Source of the DNA: a bacterium
Lineage (GTDB): Bacteria > Bacillota_I > Bacilli_A > RFN20 > CAG-826
Reading direction: 5' to 3'
Assembly: GCA_963651445.1 (NCBI GenBank)
Contig: CAVJPU010000007.1
Span: 33 to 64,032, forward strand
Length of the DNA stretch: 64,000 nucleotides
The position numbers and the translations under genes are program-made. Below the pieces are notes generated by a model. It saw only the letters and a list, made by a program, of their open reading frames with translations, was not told where the DNA came from and ran no database searches. Shown piece by piece: positions 37,981-45,582 of the stretch. Every line of letters begins with the position of its first letter. The first letter of the stretch is position 1.

Positions 37981-38161
37981 GTGTTTCCTTTCTATTTGCA
38001 AGTTTTAAGAAATAGGTAGTCGGGCTAAAAATCCTCCCTAGAAAAGCCTTACGACCTATTTCAATGTTGAATTGATTTTAAACCCTTTCGATGAAAGGGG
38101 ATACATATTTTTTAATTGGATTAATAATGTCAATTTATTGAACGAGCGTTCACCTAAAAAA

Positions 38162-38201
38162 TAAAAAAAAAGCGATTACGTAGGGAAAGTTTCGTAACCG
38201 C
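38162..38201 (-). terminator. terminator after the coiled-coil membrane protein gene
   Basis: gcgattacg-N12-cgtaaccgc, followed by T9 on the minus strand. Confidence 0.6.
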
Positions 38202-38211
38202 CTATTGTTTT

Positions 38212-38850
38212 TTATTGCTCGTTATAGTCAGGCAATGAATATTCCTTCTCTTTTGTTTTCTTTAAAATTTTTGCGACTGGCTTGGTGTGTCTGGAAACGG
38301 CAAGCACCCTCTGGTAGGTGACAAGAGATGGTTTGTATTGGTTCTCAAGTTCCTTAAGCCTAGCGTTTTTTTCGTTGACCAATGGATCGACTTCGGCGCG
38401 TTTAGCGGCGTTGCTATTGCGGACATCGATATCGATTTTTTCTCTGATTTGGGTGGCGCCAGCGGTGTCCTCATCTTGTCTAGCGACTTTGAGGGCAGCA
38501 TTGGCCTGCTTCTTATAATCCTTAATCTCTTTAGAATACTTAGTATTTATATCTTTGATCTTCTTATCATATTCCGCGGAGATTTCTTTTCTCTGCTTGT
38601 TGTAATCGGCGACGGTGCCTTTTTTCATATCCCTTTTGGCGTTTTCGTTCTTCTCGATGGCGGAGTCAATGACCGTATCGGCGTCGCTTCCGACGATGGT
38701 GTATAAGAAAGAGACGCCCTTTTTGAGATTGATGGTGTAAATGATAAAGACCACCAAGGTAACGATGAGAGCGACGCCTAAGACGACGGCGATGATGGCG
38801 CCGACATCGACTTTGGATGAAGATTCAGAACTGGATAACAAATTGAACAT
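38212..38850 (-). CDS. membrane-anchored Lys-rich coiled-coil protein, unknown function
   Basis: One TM helix (IIAVVLGVALIVTLVVFIIY) followed by a K/E/D-rich helical region. Confidence 0.6.
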   Translation of the reverse strand: MFNLLSSSESSSKVDVGAIIAVVLGVALIVTLVVFIIYTINLKKGVSFLYTIVGSDADTVIDSAIEKNENAKRDMKKGTVADYNKQRKEISAEYDKKIKDINTKYSKEIKDYKKQANAALKVARQDEDTAGATQIREKIDIDVRNSNAAKRAEVDPLVNEKNARLKELENQYKPSLVTYQRVLAVSRHTKPVAKILKKTKEKEYSLPDYNEQ

Positions 38851-38884
38851 ACTTATGCCTCCGCGGCTTGATTATAGCCCCTAA

Positions 38885-38931
38885 AGAAAGAAAAGCCACC
38901 TAGAAGAAATTATATTTCTTACCAAGTGGCT
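38885..38931 (-). terminator. terminator closing the partner-switching cluster
   Basis: Long hairpin agccacctagaagaaat-tat-atttcttaccaagtggct, followed by a T-rich tract on the minus strand. Confidence 0.6.
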
Positions 38932-38940
38932 GCTTTTGGA

Positions 38941-39240
38941 TTAATTTATGGAAATAAGCTCGCTTAAGCCCGTCATTTTTAAGACTTCCATGACGACTCC
39001 ACCGACATTTGTCAAAGAGAAGCTTCCACCGTTCTTGGACATAGTCTTATAGCCAATCAAGAACAAGCGTAATCCCGAGGAGGAAACATATTCCAAGTCC
39101 TTCAAATCAAGCTCAAGGTCGCTTGTTTCTAAAAAGGCTTCTTGCATCGCCTTATCCAATTCAGGCGAAGTGACGGTGTCTAGTCTTCCTTTCAAAGAAA
39201 GGGTCAACTTGCCGTTATCGATATTCTTAACGATTTCCAT
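38941..39240 (-). CDS. STAS-domain anti-sigma-factor-antagonist-like protein (SpoIIAA/RsbV type)
   Basis: 99 aa. Conserved phospho-site region DLEYVSSSGLRLFL. Confidence 0.85.
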   Translation of the reverse strand: MEIVKNIDNGKLTLSLKGRLDTVTSPELDKAMQEAFLETSDLELDLKDLEYVSSSGLRLFLIGYKTMSKNGGSFSLTNVGGVVMEVLKMTGLSELISIN

Positions 39241-39249
39241 TATGTCTCC

Positions 39250-40431
39250 TTAGAGAATGAGATCATCCACTTCATCGATAGCCTTGTTGAGGTTACGGAA
39301 GTAGCCCTCTTCTTGCTTCTTAAATTTCTCTTCGACATCCAAGCCATGAGTAATCATATGCTGGAACAAACGGAGGTTGCTTAAGACCTGGACTTTCTTG
39401 GTAATCTCCTCGATGCGTTTCTCATCGTGGGTATCGAAATAATATTCGAGGGTTTTAAACCAAACGTGCTGTCCTTGTTCGTAGGTAAGACCGAGGAAAT
39501 CATGGATGTTCTCGCGATCGAATTCAGAAAAACCTAGATAGGCATCATATATGCTGGCGAACTCAAAGATTGGATCTCCGTGACAAAGGGTATCCATATC
39601 AATCAAAAGGACTTCCCCATTTTGCATCATGATGTTCTTGAAGTGGAGGTCGCCATGAAGCATATGATCGCTTTCGGGAATGGCTTCATACATCTTGGCT
39701 AACTTGTTATATCTATCTTCGGTCAGAAACTTTTTAATGAAATCAATCTTCTTTCTAAATACGGACTTTTGGTTAGCCATCTCTTCCGGTTTGACTTGGG
39801 CGTGATGGATTTTCTTCATTAAATCAACGCTTAGCTTGATGTATTTATCGATGTTGTCCGGATCGCGGATAACGAGTTTGGCAAAGGAATCGGCGTTGAG
39901 CATCTCAAAAACGGAGCCAAAGCTATCGCCGACTTTGACGATATCGAACGGGATGGCGGTCGGAATGCCTAAAACGAAGGCTCTTCTGGCCATTTTGATT
40001 TCTCTTTCGATATCCGATAGGGAATTGGAGTCGAAATAGACTTTGACGATGGTGTCAGGCGCGGTTCTATAGACTTTGCCGGTCGCACCTTGTCCGATTA
40101 ATTCAGCACCTTCCACCGAAATCTGACGATAAGCCTTTTGGACATTCATCAATTCGGTGAAGCCAGTCATCTCGAAGATGTCATAAACTTCGCTGGAGGC
40201 ATTGATGATTTTCATGCCAGGCTCAAGCTTTAAAACACGAAGGATGGCGCGTAAACCGGCGCTGGAAGTGTAAAGCAGCTTTTCGGCATCAATCACCAAA
40301 TCATTATGAGGATTGCTGGTGCGGATTTTCTCTAATTCAGCATCAAATTCAGCCGCGTTGCTGGAATCGATTCTCCCATCGACTGAAATGGTGAGGACGC
40401 CGTTTTCCAATTTGTAACTTAGATTTTCCAT
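39250..40431 (-). CDS. fusion protein: N-terminal STAS domain + C-terminal protein-kinase-like/aminoglycoside-phosphotransferase-fold (APH) domain
   Basis: Residues 1-~100 are STAS (LLYTSSAGLRAIL). The rest shows Gly-rich loop GQGATGKVYR, a VKV lysine region, catalytic loop HGDLHFKNIMM and metal-binding LIDMDTL. Confidence 0.78.
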   Translation of the reverse strand: MENLSYKLENGVLTISVDGRIDSSNAAEFDAELEKIRTSNPHNDLVIDAEKLLYTSSAGLRAILRVLKLEPGMKIINASSEVYDIFEMTGFTELMNVQKAYRQISVEGAELIGQGATGKVYRTAPDTIVKVYFDSNSLSDIEREIKMARRAFVLGIPTAIPFDIVKVGDSFGSVFEMLNADSFAKLVIRDPDNIDKYIKLSVDLMKKIHHAQVKPEEMANQKSVFRKKIDFIKKFLTEDRYNKLAKMYEAIPESDHMLHGDLHFKNIMMQNGEVLLIDMDTLCHGDPIFEFASIYDAYLGFSEFDRENIHDFLGLTYEQGQHVWFKTLEYYFDTHDEKRIEEITKKVQVLSNLRLFQHMITHGLDVEEKFKKQEEGYFRNLNKAIDEVDDLIL

Positions 40432-40433
40432 CG

Positions 40434-43253
40434 CTATTCTCCTTCCTTTTTAAGGAACTTGGTCAAAGTCAGAATATTCTCTGAGTTCTCGTATTTGTAT
40501 TTCATATCGTCCATCGTGTTCTTGACGATATAGATGCCAACCCCGCCGACTTTCCTATCTTCTAAGGAAACATCGAGGTTTGGATCGGCGTTGTGCAATG
40601 GGTTATAAGGAATGCCTTTATCGATGAATTTGAGATAGATGGCATTCTTTTCTTCGCGGTATTCCACCGACATCGTAAGTGGCCCGCCTTTGCCTTCATA
40701 GCCATGGTTGATGATATTGGAGACGATTTCGTCCAGAGCGACATCCAACTGATAAGTCGTCTTCTTCGGACAAGACACATTCGATAGCTCGTTGTTAAGG
40801 AATTCGGTCATTTGTTCGATATCCTCTAGCTTAGCTTCATCGAAATGGATGTTTGGGATTGGGATGACTCCCTTATATTGGAAGGCTAACATTGTGATGT
40901 CGTCGGCTTGTTTGGCGCCCGATGCGAATTCATCAATGTCTTTTTGGACCTTTAAGCAGAGATCTTTCATATCTAGGACCTCCATGTTGTTCAGCAAATT
41001 GAGCAAACGTTCTTCTCCGTATAAGGCGAGTTCATTGTTCACAGCCTCGGTTATACCGTCGGTATAAAGGAAGATGATGTCGCCTGGTTCTAACTGCAAT
41101 TGGTTTGAATGATACTTGAATCCATCCATTCCGCCTAAAATGAAGCCGGCTTTGGACTTAAGGTATTCGAATTTGCCAGTGGAGGCTTTTTTGATAAGGG
41201 GAGGATTATGACCACCGTTAACGAAGGTCAATACACCGGTTTCTAAATCGATATTGCCTTGCCAGGCCGTGACGAACATTCCGGCGTCGTTTCTATCACA
41301 TAAAGCCTTATTCGCCGAAGTGAATACTTCATCTAACGGATAATCGGCTTCGGTCATGGTTCTTAAATCCGCTTTGGCGCGCATCATGAACATAGCGGCT
41401 GGGATACCCTTGCCCGAAACATCGGCAATCATGATGTTAAATTTCTCCTCATTTCCGTAAAAATCATAGAAATCCCCACCAACTTCTTTGGCGGTTTTCA
41501 TGCTCGCATAAATATCGAATTCTTGTCGCTTGCTCACTTTTTCGGTGATAACCGGCAAGGAAGAGAATTGGATTTGTTTGGCGAATTCCAATTCGTCGTC
41601 AATTCTTTGATTGGCTTCAGCAATTAACTTCTTCATCGAATCGACGGTCCTGTTGATATCGTTGGAAAGGTAAGACATTTCCTGGGAACCTCTGACATCC
41701 ACCGCTAAAGAAAGATCTCCATTGGAGATAGCGTACAAGGTCTTATTGACATATTTGAGTTGCTTAACGACCGTTCTTTCGATTAAGGCATAGACCAAAG
41801 CAAAGATAACGGCGAAGACAATGACTTCCATGAAGGTGCTTAAATACAAAGACACATTGCGGTCCGCCAAAGCTTCTTCAACCGGAAGCAAGGAAACGAT
41901 GTAATATCCTTCGGATATAGCATAACTACAATAATATTTAGTCCCTTTGACACTGACTTCGAAAGCCTCGGAAATCGTAAAGGAATCTTTGCTACTTTGA
42001 AGCGGCCCGTCTTTCGTGAAGGAATCCGGCCCGGAAACTATTTGCTTATTCTGATCAAGGACAAGGACGCAGCCTTCTTTGCCGACATGGCGGTTCTTGG
42101 TTACGTCAGTGACTTGCTCGGCGATATCTTTTTGAAGACGTTCTCCGTCATATCCAACCTGAACGAATCCATCATCATAGGTAACGCCGGCGAACTTACG
42201 ATAAATCTCCTCATTGGAGCCAATCGGGCCGTAAGCCTGGACATAGGTTGTGGTTTTGCCGTCCAAAAGGCAAAGGAATTCTTCCGATTGATCGGAATTA
42301 TGCATATCCCAACCGATTAAGGACAAATCAGTGCTCTTAATAATGATGCCTTTGCTATTGACGACATGGATATCGGTGACATCACGTCTATCGGCAATAA
42401 GGTCGATGTCGTAGCCTGCGGTTAAATCGGAAGCAACGTCTTGGCAGATGGATAAGATATTCGCGTCGGACTTATCTTTGATGTCCGCTTCGGTATCGGA
42501 AATGGCTAAACTCAACGATTCTTTGGCCTCGCTTTTGGCTAATGAGGTTTGGAAGCTATAAACGAAGACGCCAGAGGCGATAAAACCGACAACGACCGTC
42601 AAAAGAAGCCATTGCTGAACGATTTTCGAGGTCTTGGTGTCCCTTACCTTGGTGAAAATCTTCTCCTTGTTAAGCAAGGTCATGACCAAGGTCGTAACCG
42701 CAAGAGACAAGCCGTTGCTTAAAATCATCGGGAGCGTAGCGGCCCTAACCACTTCCATGGCCTGAGCTTGAGCGCTGAAGTTGGTGAAGAAGATCATCGC
42801 CATATGGAAGACTTCCATAACCACCGCGGCGCAGAAAGCAAAGAAGATGCCAGGACGGCGTTCTTCGAGCATGAATCTACGGATTAACCAGGCGTAGGCA
42901 CCGGCTAAGACGGTAGAGACGCTGCAAGCGATTCGAGTAAAGGAAGAAACGCCCCAATAGACGCTGAAGAAACGTTCGACCCCACCGATAACACCGGCGA
43001 TCATGCCAGCCGGACCGCCAAACATAAGGCCAGCGGTCAAAACAGCCGCGTCACGGCAATTTATCTGGGCCCCAGAGATTGGGATGCCACATTCGGTGCC
43101 AAGAATAGCCAATCCGCCAAAGGCGAGGCCATAGATAATCTGTTTGATGAAGTATTTGAAATTTTTGAATTTGGTGTATTTATCAAGCAAAAAGAAAACG
43201 ACGCTGAGGACAACCGGAGATAGAGCTACTAAGGATAAATAGAAATACTGCAT
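40434..43253 (-). CDS. multidomain sensor: LytS-type 5TM receptor - Cache-like extracytoplasmic domain - HAMP - PP2C (SpoIIE/RsbU) phosphatase - HATPase_c (RsbW/SpoIIAB-like) serine kinase
   Basis: 5TMR_LYT-like INCRDAAVLTAGLMFGGPAGMIAGVIGG. ~270-aa loop between TM helices. PP2C motifs GGDFYDF, ADVSGKG, LYTDGITEA, DDITML. C-terminal kinase motifs LDEIVSNIINHGY, IDKGIPYNP, GGVGIYIV. Start taken at ATG 43253; the track TTG is at 43280. Confidence 0.85.
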   Translation of the reverse strand: MQYFYLSLVALSPVVLSVVFFLLDKYTKFKNFKYFIKQIIYGLAFGGLAILGTECGIPISGAQINCRDAAVLTAGLMFGGPAGMIAGVIGGVERFFSVYWGVSSFTRIACSVSTVLAGAYAWLIRRFMLEERRPGIFFAFCAAVVMEVFHMAMIFFTNFSAQAQAMEVVRAATLPMILSNGLSLAVTTLVMTLLNKEKIFTKVRDTKTSKIVQQWLLLTVVVGFIASGVFVYSFQTSLAKSEAKESLSLAISDTEADIKDKSDANILSICQDVASDLTAGYDIDLIADRRDVTDIHVVNSKGIIIKSTDLSLIGWDMHNSDQSEEFLCLLDGKTTTYVQAYGPIGSNEEIYRKFAGVTYDDGFVQVGYDGERLQKDIAEQVTDVTKNRHVGKEGCVLVLDQNKQIVSGPDSFTKDGPLQSSKDSFTISEAFEVSVKGTKYYCSYAISEGYYIVSLLPVEEALADRNVSLYLSTFMEVIVFAVIFALVYALIERTVVKQLKYVNKTLYAISNGDLSLAVDVRGSQEMSYLSNDINRTVDSMKKLIAEANQRIDDELEFAKQIQFSSLPVITEKVSKRQEFDIYASMKTAKEVGGDFYDFYGNEEKFNIMIADVSGKGIPAAMFMMRAKADLRTMTEADYPLDEVFTSANKALCDRNDAGMFVTAWQGNIDLETGVLTFVNGGHNPPLIKKASTGKFEYLKSKAGFILGGMDGFKYHSNQLQLEPGDIIFLYTDGITEAVNNELALYGEERLLNLLNNMEVLDMKDLCLKVQKDIDEFASGAKQADDITMLAFQYKGVIPIPNIHFDEAKLEDIEQMTEFLNNELSNVSCPKKTTYQLDVALDEIVSNIINHGYEGKGGPLTMSVEYREEKNAIYLKFIDKGIPYNPLHNADPNLDVSLEDRKVGGVGIYIVKNTMDDMKYKYENSENILTLTKFLKKEGE

Positions 43254-43330
43254 CGTTTGTATCGATATTTTGCAACGCAAAAATATCCGTCAAGATTTTA
43301 GCATTGAAGATAATTGATTAAAAGAATGGG

Positions 43331-43846
43331 CTAAATACTGGCTTGGGTGGAAGGAGTGCCGTAGACCTTGTCATAGACAATGACAATCTTCAAGGTGTCG
43401 CCTTTGCCGCTTCCGCCATCCTGCGGGGAAACGGAAATGGAAACGACCATCGGATCTTCGCGATCGGTGATCTTTTTGATAAGGAACGCACCTTGTCTGG
43501 CAGCCTGTTCGCCAGAAGAGAAAGTGATATAGTTTTCGTATTCCTTAGCAAGGGTGTAAACGAAACTTCTATTGGTGGCATTCTCTGGAAGAATGTCGGT
43601 GACGAAAATATAAGGCATATAGCAATCTTCGCCATCGGTGACTTCCTTATCCGGATCGTATTCGATGACGCATTGATGGATGCCACTATCCGTAGTCCAA
43701 TAACGGCTGTTATCGCTCGGCTTGATGGTAAGGCTGGTGATATAAACGACTGGGACGATGCCTTGTGGGCGGGTGCCGAAGACCGTGACGAAAACGATGG
43801 CCAAAAGACATATCGCGCTAACTAAGACGGCTACACCTTTTTTCAT
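43331..43846 (-). CDS. small membrane-anchored extracytoplasmic protein, unknown function
   Basis: Start ATG 43846 after GGAGG (MKKGVAVLVSAICLLAIVFV). ATGA overlap with the upstream permease gene. The track ORF is over-extended to 43972. Confidence 0.6.
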   Translation of the reverse strand: MKKGVAVLVSAICLLAIVFVTVFGTRPQGIVPVVYITSLTIKPSDNSRYWTTDSGIHQCVIEYDPDKEVTDGEDCYMPYIFVTDILPENATNRSFVYTLAKEYENYITFSSGEQAARQGAFLIKKITDREDPMVVSISVSPQDGGSGKGDTLKIVIVYDKVYGTPSTQASI

Positions 43847-45582
43847 AAGACCTCCCCCGTTTTGTAAATATATCTGACTTTGCGAACATAAAGAACGATG
43901 TTGAGAGCTAAATAGATAATTCCTAAGATGAGTACCTTGAATCCGGCGGTTGCTTGCAAGGATGAGAACCATACGATATGGTCCTGGAAGTAGTAATAAT
44001 ACAAGACCGCGAACAGGGCCGAAGTGATAAAAGCCATGATTACCGAGCGGTTTTCGTTCCTAGCTAAGAAGGAACCTCCGCCAAACGTGGAACTTGGATT
44101 GGTGAAGTCAAGACCGGCGCTGTATAGCAAATGACCAACATAGACAAAGACCATAGCCACGCCCATGAAGATCGTTCCTTCAAGCATTTCCGGGCGGATA
44201 TAGCCCAAGGCGATGGTGCAGGCCACTAAGCTCAAGCATCCAAAGATGCCAGGGATGATAAGTTTGCTTCCAACCGCGTAATGTTCTTTCAACGGATATG
44301 TTCTCGCCAATTTGAAGGCGCCGCCCTCTTCAGAATAGATGCGAGCGATGACCGAATTGGTGCTTAAGCCGATAAGCAAGGCGATCAATAAGCTGACGAC
44401 CTGAACCAAGGCATCACCGCGGCTATTCAAGTCCATCGCGGTGAAGATTTTGGCCAATAAGCCAATCAACAGCGGCAAAGCCAAGAAAGTTCCGATGTAT
44501 GAGGAAGAAATGCTGGAATCTTTGAAGAACAAGATGGCATCTTTCTTAATCTGCGAAATGAACGGAGGCAAAGGTTTATTTTCTTTCTCTTTGGCGTTCT
44601 TTCTGCCTTTGGCCTGGAGCTCTCCCGTTCCGCTGGCTAGCTTCAAATACAACGGGCTGGCCAAAGCCAAGGAAGCCACGAACAAGACGACGATAAGCCC
44701 GATTACGGCTAATAAAGTCCATAAGCCAGCGATAGCCGAACGAGACATGTAATAGAAACTGAATCCGGTGAAATTCCCCAAGTAAACCATGGAGACCTGA
44801 TAGAAGAAGCCGAGGTTGTTCTTGTAGTAATTCAAACCATTCTGGATCTTGGCGAAGTACGTGCCCCAGTTCGAGAAAATATCGATGTTATCCGGGACAA
44901 GGGCGATGACAGTGATGCATAAAGCCAAGATGATGGCCACCATGATGGACTTAACGATGATGCTGGCCCAAGTGTGGGTACGGATGCCTTTTTTAAGGTA
45001 ATAAACAGGGATACTTATGACCGAGGCCAATAACAACATTACCAAGTCGACCAAGGCCCAGATGACGAACAAGATGAAATACATATAGATTGGGTATTTG
45101 CTAACGGCGAAATAGCCAATCAAGAATGGGATTTCCAATAACAATGAGCGGCGATATGAGCTGATATAACGAACAGCCAATCTAGATAAGAACAAGGTGT
45201 TCCCATTGGTTGGTAAGGTAAGCAAGACTTTGTTGTCTTCGCCGAAATACAATTCCTCGGTTACCTTCGATAGAGAAGCAATGAACGAGATGATCAAAAG
45301 GATGGTCACCACGATGGATGGAACGCTCATTGGGACGAAGGCTAACAAGGAGAAGATACTGAAACGGATGCAAAAATAGAAGAAGACGTAAGATAAGGCG
45401 GCGACCACCGCGAAAGCCACCAAGCTCAGAACGATCTTGATGATGGCTTTTTTCTTATCTTTCTTCCAGTTGATGGACATGGAGTTGGAGAAAAGCATTT
45501 TCACCAACACCCAAAAGGCACGCCAATCAACCGCGAAAAAGCGTCGGAAAGCAGATGCTTTTTTATTTTCTAGCCTCTTCAC
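43843..45582 (-). CDS. polytopic membrane protein, putative ABC exporter permease (ABC_export-like)
   Basis: 579 aa with about 12 hydrophobic helices. Translationally coupled (4-nt overlap) to the preceding ABC ATPase-containing ORF. Confidence 0.7.
   Translation of the reverse strand: MKRLENKKASAFRRFFAVDWRAFWVLVKMLFSNSMSINWKKDKKKAIIKIVLSLVAFAVVAALSYVFFYFCIRFSIFSLLAFVPMSVPSIVVTILLIISFIASLSKVTEELYFGEDNKVLLTLPTNGNTLFLSRLAVRYISSYRRSLLLEIPFLIGYFAVSKYPIYMYFILFVIWALVDLVMLLLASVISIPVYYLKKGIRTHTWASIIVKSIMVAIILALCITVIALVPDNIDIFSNWGTYFAKIQNGLNYYKNNLGFFYQVSMVYLGNFTGFSFYYMSRSAIAGLWTLLAVIGLIVVLFVASLALASPLYLKLASGTGELQAKGRKNAKEKENKPLPPFISQIKKDAILFFKDSSISSSYIGTFLALPLLIGLLAKIFTAMDLNSRGDALVQVVSLLIALLIGLSTNSVIARIYSEEGGAFKLARTYPLKEHYAVGSKLIIPGIFGCLSLVACTIALGYIRPEMLEGTIFMGVAMVFVYVGHLLYSAGLDFTNPSSTFGGGSFLARNENRSVIMAFITSALFAVLYYYYFQDHIVWFSSLQATAGFKVLILGIIYLALNIVLYVRKVRYIYKTGEVL

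Noticed and set aside
43847-43972. N-terminal extensions of several track ORFs: 43331-43972, 20664-21530, 2406-3230, 7104-9284, 35908-38001, 48051-50519, 54627-57113 and 23023-23583.
   Set aside because: Internal ATG codons preceded by good SD sequences and followed by signal peptides or family-typical N-termini give better starts. The extensions overlap upstream genes or intergenic promoters.
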